Numbered from the stretch's first letter, positions 28,273-37,908 are shown. The stretch is 64,000 bases of DNA from an uncultured delta proteobacterium (GCA_963711565.1 CAVQEQ010000001.1:1088001-1152000), one strand, 5' to 3'. A program made the numbers and translations. Notes: generated from the sequence alone by a model not told the origin.

Positions 28273-29236
28273 TCTTACCTCGCCCGGGTTAGGATGTCGC
28301 GTTCCTCGCATCCTATTATTCGCCTCTCCCGCTTAGTTGCGGGAGAGGTCGCGCCGCCTGGCGCGGGTGAGGGGGAGCTTCACGGGAGAGGAGGCCGGCG
28401 GGCGTAGCCGCCAATAGGTGAGGGTGCTGGGCCGCAGCACTAAAGCTCGTGCGGCCACTTTTTCTGACGGAAGGTTGAGGTTCACCCTATGCGATGCGGA
28501 TGGGCGCGCAATGAGTTGGCGATTCGCTACCACGATGAAGAGTGGGGCGTGCCGGTGCATGACGAGCGACGATGGTTCGAGTTTATCACGCTCGAAGGGG
28601 CGCAGGCCGGGCTGAGCTGGGATACGATTCTGCGCAAGCGCGAGGCGTATAGGAAAGCATTCAAGGGGCTCGAGCCGGCGCGAGTTGCGAAGTTTGGCGA
28701 GCGCGATGTGACGAGGCTGCTCGCGGACGCGGAGATCGTTCGCAATCGGTTGAAGATCAATTCCACAATCGGCAACGCGAAAGCGTTTCTTGCCGTGCAG
28801 AAAGAGTTCGGCAGCTTCGACGAATATGTCTGGCGGTTCGTTGGCGGGCGTCCGCGGATCAACAAGTGGCGCGCGCTGAAGCAGGTGCCGGCGCGCACCG
28901 ACGAATCGGATGCGATGAGCAAGGAGCTGATCGGGCGCGGATTCAAGTTCGTGGGATCGACGATCTGCTACGCGATGATGCAGGCGACGGGGATGGTGAA
29001 TGATCATCTGGTGGATTGCGAGAGGTATAAGGTGGTGGGGCGGGCGAAGTGAGTGATTTGTAGAGATTGTGCTTGAATCGCGGAACCCTCACCTACCGGC
29101 GGCTACGCCCGCCGGCCTCCTCTCCCGTGAAGCTCCCCCTCACCCGCGCCAATGGCGCGACCTCTCCCGCAACTAAGCGGGAGAGGCGAATAATCGGTTG
29201 CGAGGAACGCGACATCCTAACCTGGGCGAGGTAAGA
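28273..29236. mobile_element. Cassette: tag gene bracketed by ~152-bp inverted repeats
   Basis: 28273-28425 vs reverse complement of 29085-29236: about 8 differences by eye. Confidence 0.65.
28489..29052 (+). CDS. tag: DNA-3-methyladenine glycosylase I
   Basis: RC.W, YHDEEWG, LEGAQAGLSW, IVRNRLKI, GFKFVG, GMVNDH..C. Confidence 0.96.
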   Translation: MRCGWARNELAIRYHDEEWGVPVHDERRWFEFITLEGAQAGLSWDTILRKREAYRKAFKGLEPARVAKFGERDVTRLLADAEIVRNRLKINSTIGNAKAFLAVQKEFGSFDEYVWRFVGGRPRINKWRALKQVPARTDESDAMSKELIGRGFKFVGSTICYAMMQATGMVNDHLVDCERYKVVGRAK

Positions 29237-29252
29237 TCGGATCGCCCCTAAC

Positions 29253-30773
29253 TTAGCGAGATGCGTAGGATTTGCCGCGTTTGATTAGGACTAGGCGGCG
29301 GTTGCCGTGGTCGGAGGTCAGGACTGGTTCGAAGTCGGGGTTGTCGCTTTGATCTTTTTTCCAGACATGGGCGGGCAGGATGATGAAGCCGGGAGGGGCG
29401 TCGCTGAGATGGCCCTGGAGTATCGGCGCGTCGCGATCGAGATAGAAGAGGAGCGGCGCTACCTCTTCCTGGAATCCGTACAGGTAGAGCGGGTCGGCGG
29501 GTGCGACGACGCGGGCGATTTCATCGGCGGCGGGGCGAAATGAATCGTCGCGGCATGCGCGCACTTCCGCGCGCGGGATATAGATGAAGTTGAAGACGAT
29601 GAGACATGCGCATAGCGCGGCGAATGTCCAAGTCGCGACGCGACGGTATGCGATCGGCGGGATGGTGACGATCCACCAGGCGAGAATCACGGCGGCGGCG
29701 GGCCATACGGGGAGCAGATACGAGCGGCGCTTGTAGGCGGCGATGCTGAAGAAGATGACGGTGGCGAAGTAGAAGATCGCGAAGAGGCGGACGGCGGAGC
29801 GGGCGCGCGAGTCAGAGGTTGTGGGGGTGCCGGCGCCCTCACCCGCGTCGCTTGGCGCTCCGCGACCTCTCCCGGGGGAAGAGGTAATTAATGCGGTGGC
29901 GGCGGCGATTGGGAGCAGGAGGCTTAGCGGGGCGGAGTTCAGGAGGACGGGTTTGACGTAGTACCAGGGGGCCATCGCGCCGAGCGAGCCGAAGAAGCGG
30001 CCGACGTTTTCGGTGTCGAGCTGGCGATTGAGGAAGGCGAAGCGGCCGCCGAAGTAGCATGCGAGATACCAGCTCGAAGCGATCGCGGCGCCGAGGATGA
30101 TCGCGCCCGGATCGAGCATCGTGAGAATCTGGCGTCCGCGACGTTCGACGATCATAAAGATGAGGATCGCGGCGCCGGGAAGAATCGCACCGACGGGGCC
30201 CTTGGCGAGGACGCCGAGGCCGAGCGCCGCCGCCATCAGGTAGAGCGCGGAGAGGTTGGACTCGAAGCGTGCGGCGCGGCCGGACGAGGCGGGGTCACGC
30301 GGTATCCACCACAGAAAAGCGAACAGCGCGAGCGACTCGAAGAAGCATAGCGTCATGTTGACGCGGCCGAAGCGGCCCTGGCTGATGTACTGGTAGGACG
30401 CGGCGAGACTGAGTCCGGCGAGAATCGCAGCGTCGAGGCCGAGGATTTCGTAGGCGAGGAGCATCGTGAGGACTGCGCCGGCGATCGCGTAGAGTGCGGA
30501 TGGCAGGCGCAGATTTGCGGCGGTCACTTTGCGGATGTCGAGGACGCGATCGATCGCGACAGCGGTCCAGTGGAACAGCGGCGGCTTGTACATCGGGACG
30601 TTGCCGTTCTCGACCGGGAACAGGAGATGGCCGTGCTCGACCATCTGCTGGACGAAGACGCCTTCGACGGCCTCGTTGCCGGTGCATACGTCGCCAGCGC
30701 CGAGTCGATGGAGGGTGAGGACGGCGATGATCAGAGCGATCGCTATAATCGCGGCGGCGGGTTTCGCGGTCAC
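29253..30773 (-). CDS. ArnT/PMT-like (GT-C) membrane glycosyltransferase
   Basis: KPPLFHW, LRLPSAL, LAKGPVG, PWYY, YLLP; multiple TM helices; start inferred. Confidence 0.85.
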   Translation of the reverse strand: MTAKPAAAIIAIALIIAVLTLHRLGAGDVCTGNEAVEGVFVQQMVEHGHLLFPVENGNVPMYKPPLFHWTAVAIDRVLDIRKVTAANLRLPSALYAIAGAVLTMLLAYEILGLDAAILAGLSLAASYQYISQGRFGRVNMTLCFFESLALFAFLWWIPRDPASSGRAARFESNLSALYLMAAALGLGVLAKGPVGAILPGAAILIFMIVERRGRQILTMLDPGAIILGAAIASSWYLACYFGGRFAFLNRQLDTENVGRFFGSLGAMAPWYYVKPVLLNSAPLSLLLPIAAATALITSSPGRGRGAPSDAGEGAGTPTTSDSRARSAVRLFAIFYFATVIFFSIAAYKRRSYLLPVWPAAAVILAWWIVTIPPIAYRRVATWTFAALCACLIVFNFIYIPRAEVRACRDDSFRPAADEIARVVAPADPLYLYGFQEEVAPLLFYLDRDAPILQGHLSDAPPGFIILPAHVWKKDQSDNPDFEPVLTSDHGNRRLVLIKRGKSYASR

Positions 30774-30838
30774 GCGAAGGTTCCTGGAGAGGAGGCAGAA
30801 TCTTGAGTCGCGCGCAGAATCGCGCGCTGAATAAGGAT

Positions 30839-31096
30839 CCTCACCTTCATCCTCTCCCATTCCGGGAGAGGGGAAGAAGCGTTGCGCAGTTATGCAAAGG
30901 TCTCATTGCAGGAAGAGCGGAAGAAGCTCTAGTGTGGCGTCCCGTAAATGACTTGAAGAACAAAGCCCTAACCCCTCACCCCTTCCCCAGAAAGAATGGG
31001 GAAGGGGAACAGGAAAAATCCTCTGGGGAATGGCGGGGTGCTTGCCGCCATCCTATCCCCCTGGCCCCCTTTCCGGGCCGGAAAGGGGGAACCGGA
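30839..31096. repeat. Three family B units
   Basis: CCTCTCCC..GGGAGAGGGG, CCCCTTCCCC..GGGGAAGGGG and CCCCTTTCC..GGAAAGGGGG hairpins. Confidence 0.75.
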
Positions 31097-31170
31097 CCAG
31101 AGAGTGCCGTGGCTGATCGTGCGCAAATGGGCCAGAACTTTTTGAAGATATTTGCGGGACACTACACTAG

Positions 31171-31323
31171 CAGGCTGCTGAAAAAGTAATTTTCAACGCC
31201 TGCTCCCTCTCTCTTGTCTCCCCCAAAGGGGGAGATGTTGTAGGTAAGAAGACAGCTTCTACGCAGAGTGTTGAAAAGCTTGATATCAAATCCACGAGTT
31301 GCATCGAGTTCTTCGACACCCTG
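31171..31323. mobile_element. 153-bp MITE with IS5/IS1182-like ends and CTAG flanks
   Basis: CTAG|CAGGCTGCTGAAAAA ... TTCTTCGACACCCTG|CTAG. Confidence 0.6.
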
Positions 31324-32379
31324 CTAGGGCTTCAGCAGGACTTTCATTACGTTGTCTTTTCTGGCGTTGAAGATTTCGTAGCCTTTGGCGGCGTCCTCTA
31401 ACGGCATTATGTGACTTATCAAGGGGCGGGGATCTAATGTTCCGCTTGCTATCAGGCGGGATAGCTCCGGGATGTGGGCGTTGATGTTGGCGAGGCCGAT
31501 GCTGAACTTCAGGTCGCGCATGAAAGCGTAGCCGATTGGGAAGTTGAACGACGGGGCGGCGAAGACGCCGATTACTGAGACGGTACCGCCGCCGCGCGCG
31601 GCCATTATCGCGGCGGTCAGGGCCGCGTCGTTGCCGACCGCTTCGATCGTGACGTCGGCGCCGCGTCCTTCTGTGCGATCGAGGATCGTTTGATTCGCAT
31701 TCTCGACGTTCACCGCCGTTGCGCCGAGTTTGCGCGCGAGGTCGAGGCGATACGGGATGCTGTCGACGGCGATGATTTCGGCGGGGCCGAACAGTTTCGC
31801 GCTCATCACGGCGCACAAGCCCACCGGGCCGCATCCGAAGATCGCGACGGTGTCGCCGGGACGGATGTTGCCGTTAATCGCGCCGAAGTAGGCCGTCGGC
31901 AGGATGTCGGCGAGAAATACTGCGCTGTCGTCGTCGATCGCGTCTGGGAGCCGGTAGCAGGTGTAATCCGCCATCGGGACGCGCACTGCTTCGGACTGCT
32001 CGCCCCCCAACCATCCGAGCTTGCCGGCCGAGCTCGAGCCGTAGCCGAAGATCGCGGCGCCACTCTCGGCGCATTGGGAGGGCTGTCCGCGGCGGCAGAA
32101 GAAGCATCGCCCGCATGCGACCAGGCCGGACACGACGACGCGATCGCCCTTCTTGAGGCGATCGACGCCAGCGCCGACTTCTTCGATCACGCCGACGCCT
32201 TCATGGCCGAGCACGAAGCCGGGCTCGATGGGCAGAGCGCCGTGATAGAAGTGGAGGTCGGAGCCGCAGATGCCGGCGCGAGTGATGCGCACGAGGGCAT
32301 CGGTGGGAGTTTTGAGCGCGGGGTCGTCAACGCGCTCGACGCGGACATCGTGGGGGCCGTGGAAGACAGTTCCTTTCAT
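31324..32379 (-). CDS. Zn-dependent alcohol dehydrogenase (MDR family)
   Basis: ICGSDLH, GHEGVG, CGRCFFC..C, ADILPTAY, GCGPVG. Confidence 0.93.
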   Translation of the reverse strand: MKGTVFHGPHDVRVERVDDPALKTPTDALVRITRAGICGSDLHFYHGALPIEPGFVLGHEGVGVIEEVGAGVDRLKKGDRVVVSGLVACGRCFFCRRGQPSQCAESGAAIFGYGSSSAGKLGWLGGEQSEAVRVPMADYTCYRLPDAIDDDSAVFLADILPTAYFGAINGNIRPGDTVAIFGCGPVGLCAVMSAKLFGPAEIIAVDSIPYRLDLARKLGATAVNVENANQTILDRTEGRGADVTIEAVGNDAALTAAIMAARGGGTVSVIGVFAAPSFNFPIGYAFMRDLKFSIGLANINAHIPELSRLIASGTLDPRPLISHIMPLEDAAKGYEIFNARKDNVMKVLLKP

Positions 32380-32579
32380 AATCTCACCCCTAACAAGAAA
32401 GTGGCGACGAAAACAATGCGAGAAGGAATAATCGCCTGCGCGGCGGGCGGCATGGCTGAGCCCTGCACCCAGTGTGAGGCGCAAAGTTGCGCGCGGCGCG
32501 CTACTTTGCTCTCGGGGGCGGCGGGTTTGCAGAGGCGGCGAAGTGCGTGGTAATTCCAGAGGCGTAGCCGGAGGCTCTT

Positions 32580-33044
32580 ATGATTCAGAACGTGAAGAAG
32601 ATTCTCGCGCCGATCGACTTTTCCGTCCATTCGATGGAAGCGATGCGCGGCGCGATGGAACTGGCGAAGGATGTCGGCGCCGAAGTTCATCTGATGCACG
32701 TGATCGCGCCGCATCACCATTTTATCCCGCTGCCCCTGGCGACCAGCGCCGAGCAGAGCCGCGAGCTGGTGCGGGAGGCCGCGATGATCGAGCAGGCGGA
32801 AGAGGAACTCGCGCGGATCAAGAAGGATGACTTCGGCGACTCGAACAAGGTCTTCACCTGTGCGGTGGTCGGGCCGCCGGTGCAGAAGCTGTGTGACTAT
32901 GCCAAGGAGCAGGCGATCGATCTCATCGTCATGTCAACTCACGGACGGACTGGCGGCGATTTCGCGCTGATCGGCAGCGTTACCGAGAAGGTGGTGCGCA
33001 ACTCACCATGCTCGGTATTGGTCTTCCGTCCACGTAATCAATAG
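32580..33044 (+). CDS. Universal stress protein
   Basis: KILAPIDFS, DLIVMSTHGRTG, GSVTEKVVRNSPCSVL. Confidence 0.93.
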   Translation: MIQNVKKILAPIDFSVHSMEAMRGAMELAKDVGAEVHLMHVIAPHHHFIPLPLATSAEQSRELVREAAMIEQAEEELARIKKDDFGDSNKVFTCAVVGPPVQKLCDYAKEQAIDLIVMSTHGRTGGDFALIGSVTEKVVRNSPCSVLVFRPRNQ

Positions 33045-33073
33045 ACAGGCTGAGTAATCAATAGACAGGCTGA
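33034..33073. repeat. 20-bp tandem duplication
   Basis: GTAATCAATAGACAGGCTGA x2, spanning the usp stop codon. Confidence 0.9.
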
Positions 33074-33254
33074 CGACGTAATTGCCGGCGGTCGCATGCG
33101 GATAGCGCGCGGCCGCCGGTTCGTTAAGTATTAGACCTACTGATAGTAGGGTTGGACGCCAGGCGCTGCGGGCGAACTTTGAAGAAGCAATGGGAGCGGT
33201 CAGACGCGTGGGAGACGGAAGATCCAGCGAGCCGGACGCCGGATCGTTCCATAC

Positions 33255-33330
33255 AAATGATAAGGGCCAGGTAGATTGCTCTACCCAGCCCGTAGCCAAC
33301 CGGGAAAAGGGGGGCAAACCCCGGCCAGCA
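33255..33330 (-). ncRNA. Candidate small RNA (two hairpins)
   Basis: Minus strand TTGCAA-16-TACAAT promoter, then a stem with a C-rich loop and a GCAA-capped 12-bp stem followed by UUAUCAUUU. Confidence 0.4.
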
Positions 33331-33435
33331 ATCGTATTGTACGCAAATGCGCGCGTCTTGCAACAACAATCGTGATGACCGGGAGGGCTACTCTCGTCAT
33401 CCAGGATGTGTGTTTCGCCCGCTAATCTGCGCTGT

Positions 33436-33705
33436 TCAGAGCGCGCCGCCGCCGAGTGCGGGAATGAAATGGACTTCGCTGTCCTCGTTCACGGCGTCGA
33501 GCACGCCGCCGGTAGCGATTTCGCCGTCGATCGAAACGGCGATCGAGGGGCGGATGTCGCCGTCTTCGAGTAACTGCTGGTCGATGCCGGGAAACTGACG
33601 GCCAAGTTGCACAACGAGTTCGCGGATCGATTTTCCGGGGATCTCGACGCGTTCGATGCCGCCGGTAAATTTGCGGAGCAGTGCGGGGATGACAACTGTG
33701 GGCAT
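33436..33705 (-). CDS. MoaD/ThiS-like ubiquitin-fold sulfur carrier
   Basis: IP..LR..TGG..V..G, EVHFIPALGGG. Confidence 0.85.
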   Translation of the reverse strand: MPTVVIPALLRKFTGGIERVEIPGKSIRELVVQLGRQFPGIDQQLLEDGDIRPSIAVSIDGEIATGGVLDAVNEDSEVHFIPALGGGAL

Positions 33706-33757
33706 CGCAAAAGCAAAAGGGGCGAGCATTAGCCCGCCCCCTTTTGATCATTCCTGA

Positions 33758-36046
33758 TTAATCCGCCGCGGCTGAATGTTGCGTCGAGGCGCGCTGCTTG
33801 AGCATCGCTTTCAGCAGCTTCGGCGGCGACATCGGCGTCTCTGTCATGCGCACGCCGACCGCGCGATAGATCGCGTTGGCAACCGCAGCCGGCGGCGGCA
33901 CGATCGAGACCTCACCGACGCCGCGCACGCCCAGCGGATGACCGGGGTTCGCTTCTTCGACGACGACGGTTTCGATCATCGGCAAGTCGAGGCAGGTCGG
34001 CATCCGGTAGTCGAGGAATCCGAAGTTACGCAGCGTGCCCTTGTCGTCGTAGAAATATTCTTCGTTGAGTGCCCAGCCGAGACCCTGCGCAGTGCCGCCC
34101 TGCATCTGGCCTTCGACGTAGCTGGGATGAATCGCCTTGCCGGCGTCCTGCGCGATCGTACATCGGATGATTTGGACCTTGCCGGTGTCGGGATCGACTT
34201 CGACATCGACACAGGTCGTCGCGAAACCGGGGCCGACGCCGCGCGCGTTCACGCTCGCGCGGCCGGTGATCGGTCCTCCGGTGCGGCCGAAGCGGGGCGC
34301 GAGCTGCTTGATCGACAGTGGCGGCACGCCGTTGCCTTTGGCGTAGAGCTTGCCGTCGCGGAATTCCACCTCGTCGGGCTTCTTCTCCCAGAGCTTGGCG
34401 GCGCGCTCGATCAACTGGCGCTCGGCGTCCTTGGCCGCTTCGTACACCGCCATCCCGGTGGCGAAGGTGACGCGGCTGCCGCCGGTCACGTCGGTGTGGC
34501 CGATCGAATCGGTGTCGGCGGTGATCGGACGGACGTCGGTCACCTCGAGTCCGAGGACTTCCGCCGTGATCATCGCCATCGAAGCGCGCGAGCCGCCGAT
34601 ATCGGGCGAGCCGGTGACGACGCTGGCGGTTCCGTCGGCATGGATATTCACGGTGGCCGAGGATTGCATCCCGGCGTTGAACCAGAAGCCGGAGGCGACG
34701 CCGCGTCCGCGGAACTTGCCGGTCAGCTTGGATTTGTAGTGTGGACTGTTCTTGATTCCCTCGAGGGTCTGGAGAAATCCGATGCGCTTGAATGGAGGGC
34801 CGACGACCTGCGGCGCGCCTTCTTTCACACCGTTTTTGATCCGAAACTCGATCGGATCGATTCCGCACTTCTCGGCGAGCTCGTCAATTATCGTCTCCGA
34901 GGCGAACGCGGCGTTGGTTGCGCCGGGAGCGCGATAGGCCGCGGTCTTGGGACGGTTGACGATAACGTCGTACCCGTCGATTTGAAAATTCTCGATGGTA
35001 TACGGAGCGATGATACACATCGCGCCCGCGCCGACCGGCGAGCCGGGGAACGCGCCGGCCTCGTAGGCCATCCAGATTTCGGCGGCGACGAGTTTGCCGT
35101 CCCTGGTCGCGCCCATCTTCACTTTGATCTTCGAGCCGGAGGTCGGGCCGCTCGCGCGCAGTACTTCCGAGCGCGACATCACGAGCTTGACGGGCGCGCC
35201 GGTCTTCTTCGACAGCAGCACGGAGAGCGGTTCGAGGTAGATGGTGGTCTTGCCGCCGAAGCCGCCGCCGATTTCAGCCGGCACGACTTTGATGTGGCCA
35301 ACGGGCATCCCCAGCACCTGCGCACTGAGCGAGCGGACGTCGAAGGCGCCCTGCGTCGAGCAGTAGATCGTCGCGTGGCCGTCGGAGTTGTAGATGCCGA
35401 CGGCGTTGTGCGGCTCGATGTATCCCTGGTGGACCATCGCGGTGTTGAATTCGCGCTCGATGATATAGTCAGCAGCCTTGAATCCAGCCGCGACGTCGCC
35501 GCGCTTGAACTGATAGTGCTGCGCGACGTTGGTCTCCTTGTCGCCTTCTTCCTTGTTGCGGAGATCCTTCAGAAGAATCGGTGCGCCCGGTTTGGTGGCC
35601 GCATCGACGGTCATCACGGGCGGCAGCACTTCGTACTCGACTTCGATGAGGCGCAGAGCTTCCTCGGCGATATGCGGGCTGGTCGCGGCGACGGCGGCGA
35701 TCGCGTGGCCGTCGTAGAGGACCTTGTCGTGCGCGAGGATGTTCATCGACAGGTACATCGGGTTGACGGTCATCTCGCCGGCCTGCTCGAGCTTGTTCGC
35801 GGCCTGTGGGAGATCCTTCGAAGTGACGATCGCCTTGACGCCGGGGAGCTTGAGCGCCTTGTCGATATTGATCGATTTGATATTCGCGTGAGCGTGCGGG
35901 CTGCGCAGCACCTTGCCGTGCAGCATGCCGGGGAACGCGTAGTCGGCGCCGTACTTGGCGCGGCCGGTCACCTTGTCGACGCCGTCGTGCCGAATCGGAC
36001 GCGTGCCGATAACTTTGAAATTGCCAGTCGTGGTTGATGCCGCCAT
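33758..36046 (-). CDS. Xanthine dehydrogenase-family molybdopterin subunit (CoxL-like, not CODH)
   Basis: KVTGRAKY, IGGGFGGK, AYRAPG, GQMQGG, RGVGE. Confidence 0.92.
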   Translation of the reverse strand: MAASTTTGNFKVIGTRPIRHDGVDKVTGRAKYGADYAFPGMLHGKVLRSPHAHANIKSINIDKALKLPGVKAIVTSKDLPQAANKLEQAGEMTVNPMYLSMNILAHDKVLYDGHAIAAVAATSPHIAEEALRLIEVEYEVLPPVMTVDAATKPGAPILLKDLRNKEEGDKETNVAQHYQFKRGDVAAGFKAADYIIEREFNTAMVHQGYIEPHNAVGIYNSDGHATIYCSTQGAFDVRSLSAQVLGMPVGHIKVVPAEIGGGFGGKTTIYLEPLSVLLSKKTGAPVKLVMSRSEVLRASGPTSGSKIKVKMGATRDGKLVAAEIWMAYEAGAFPGSPVGAGAMCIIAPYTIENFQIDGYDVIVNRPKTAAYRAPGATNAAFASETIIDELAEKCGIDPIEFRIKNGVKEGAPQVVGPPFKRIGFLQTLEGIKNSPHYKSKLTGKFRGRGVASGFWFNAGMQSSATVNIHADGTASVVTGSPDIGGSRASMAMITAEVLGLEVTDVRPITADTDSIGHTDVTGGSRVTFATGMAVYEAAKDAERQLIERAAKLWEKKPDEVEFRDGKLYAKGNGVPPLSIKQLAPRFGRTGGPITGRASVNARGVGPGFATTCVDVEVDPDTGKVQIIRCTIAQDAGKAIHPSYVEGQMQGGTAQGLGWALNEEYFYDDKGTLRNFGFLDYRMPTCLDLPMIETVVVEEANPGHPLGVRGVGEVSIVPPPAAVANAIYRAVGVRMTETPMSPPKLLKAMLKQRASTQHSAAAD

Positions 36047-36103
36047 GGCCTTACCTCGTGAATCGCTGAGTCGTAGCTGTCGAATGATCTCGCGACGATC
36101 CCG

Positions 36104-36601
36104 TCATGCCGCTGATTTGCGCTTGTCCTGCCCGCGCATATCGGCGGCGGCGTCGAGGACAGCTTTTACAATCTTGTCGTACCCGGTGCATCGGCAAAGA
36201 TTGCCCGCGAGGGCGTAGCGAATCTCGGGCTCGCTGGGATTTGGATTGCGATCGAGCAGCGACTTCGCCGAGATCAGGAATCCCGGAGTGCAGATGCCGC
36301 ACTGCAAGCTCGCATTCTCGAGAAACTTGTTTTGCAGAACGTGGAGCACGCCATTGGTGGCGAGTCCCTCGACGGTCGCGATCGTTTTGCCTTGCGCCTC
36401 GACGCCGAGCACCAGGCATGAGCATACGGCGCGGCCGTCGAGCATCACCGTGCACGCGCCGCAATCTCCGGTGAGGCATCCTTCTTTCGAGCCGGTGAGT
36501 TCGAGCACGTCGCGCAGGGTTTCGAGCAGGCTTTGGCGCGGCTCGCATAGGAACTCGACGGTTTCGCCGTTAACTGTCGCTTCAACCAGGGTCTTTTTCA
36601 T
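36104..36601 (-). CDS. (2Fe-2S) subunit (CoxS-like)
   Basis: GCLTGDCGAC, QCGICTPG, GNLCRCTGY. Confidence 0.95.
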   Translation of the reverse strand: MKKTLVEATVNGETVEFLCEPRQSLLETLRDVLELTGSKEGCLTGDCGACTVMLDGRAVCSCLVLGVEAQGKTIATVEGLATNGVLHVLQNKFLENASLQCGICTPGFLISAKSLLDRNPNPSEPEIRYALAGNLCRCTGYDKIVKAVLDAAADMRGQDKRKSAA

Positions 36602-36622
36602 AACTCTATGCCGTGGGGTTGT

Positions 36623-37492
36623 TCAGATTTTCTTCGCGCGGTCGGCGGCGATAGTCAGCGCGCGGCGCGTGAGGACGCCGGCGACGTGGAGACGAAATTC
36701 GATCGTCCCGCGCATGTCGTCGATCGGTTTGCAGGCCTCGCTCGCCGCGCGGCCGGCGGCCTCGAGTGACGCGTCGTCGAGTTTCTTGCCGATGAGCGCG
36801 TCGGCAGCTTTAGTCTCGAGCAGCGGAGTCGCCGCGACCGCGCCAAGGCCGATGCGCGCGGCTTTCACCTTGTCACCGTCGAGCGTGATCGACGCGCCGA
36901 CGCCGACGACCGCGATATCCATCTCGTTACGCGGAATGAATCGGAGGTACGCGTCGCTCGAATGCGGCGCGGGCGCGGGAATCAGCAATTCGACGAGCAG
37001 TTCGCCGGGCTTCAGCACGGTGCGTCCCGGCGACACGACGAACGACTCGACAGGCACTTCGCGCTCGCCGGCGGGGCCGACGATTCGCGCGCGCGCACCG
37101 AGCGCAATCAGGGCGGGAGTCGTGTCGGCGGCGGGCGAGCCGTTGCATAGATTGCCGCCGACCGAGGCGCGGTTCTGAATCTGCAGCGAGCCGATCAGAT
37201 GAGCCGCCTCGGTAAGGCCGGGATAGTGACGGCGCATCGTATCGTTCTCGCTGATGTCGATGCAGGAGACGGCGGCGCCGAGGCGCAAGCCCTTTTTCGC
37301 GTCGAAGGAAAGAGCCTGCAGCTCCTTGATTTTCTTGATGTCGACGAGGTGCTCGATGCGACGGACTCCTGCGCGCAACTGGATGATTATGTCGGTGCCG
37401 CCGCAGAACGGGCGGGCATTTTCGCCGTGAGTTTTGAGGATGGCGACCGCCTGATCGAGGGTGCTGGGAGCTTCGTAATTGATAGCGTGCAA
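36623..37492 (-). CDS. FAD-binding subunit (CoxM-like)
   Basis: GGTD, QIQNRASVGGNLCNGSPAAD, PIDDMRG. Confidence 0.93.
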   Translation of the reverse strand: MHAINYEAPSTLDQAVAILKTHGENARPFCGGTDIIIQLRAGVRRIEHLVDIKKIKELQALSFDAKKGLRLGAAVSCIDISENDTMRRHYPGLTEAAHLIGSLQIQNRASVGGNLCNGSPAADTTPALIALGARARIVGPAGEREVPVESFVVSPGRTVLKPGELLVELLIPAPAPHSSDAYLRFIPRNEMDIAVVGVGASITLDGDKVKAARIGLGAVAATPLLETKAADALIGKKLDDASLEAAGRAASEACKPIDDMRGTIEFRLHVAGVLTRRALTIAADRAKKI

Positions 37493-37609
37493 GAGAGGAA
37501 AACCTCCGGTCGGGTCAAGATTATACCCGCCTTTCTAACTTGGATAGCCTAGTCGGCGCTCGCTGAAAAGGGGACGATGATTGGTCCAATTCGGTGGACT
37601 CAAAGAGAG

Positions 37610-37783
37610 ATGGAAAAGGGAAAAAGACAGCAACTGGAAAGCGCGGGATGGAAGGTCGGTACGGCCAGAGATTTCCTCGAACTGAGCGACGAAGAAGCCG
37701 CGTTGGTTGAGGCCAAACTCGGAGTCGTCAACGTTGCTGGCGCACGCGCTAGCGCGCGAGATCCTTCGCTGCGCTCAGGATGA
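37610..37783 (+). pseudogene. Truncated XRE-type regulator/antitoxin
   Basis: KRQQLESAGWKVGTARDFLELSDEEAALVEAKL N-terminus; HTH is missing and the frame runs into a family C repeat. Confidence 0.65.
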
Positions 37784-37908
37784 CGGAAAGAACACTCCGT
37801 CATTCTGAGCCGCTGCGACGAAGAATCTCGACGGACGTTCCTGCGGCCGGCGTCGGCAACTTGAAGACCCGTACGCGCTTTGAATGTTCGAGTTGAACGC
37901 GAGCCACA

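Noticed and set aside
33310-33350. c-di-GMP-I riboswitch suggested by GGGCAAACC
   Set aside because: The downstream GNRA stem and second conserved stem are missing; the minus-strand structure fits better
33776-36037. 753-aa plus-strand ORF and other long antisense ORFs (e.g. 22323-23870, 39723-40952)
   Set aside because: Antisense shadows of well-supported genes, expected in high-GC DNA
33758-36046. Aerobic CO dehydrogenase
   Set aside because: The active-site loop is AYRAPG, not the form I or form II motif
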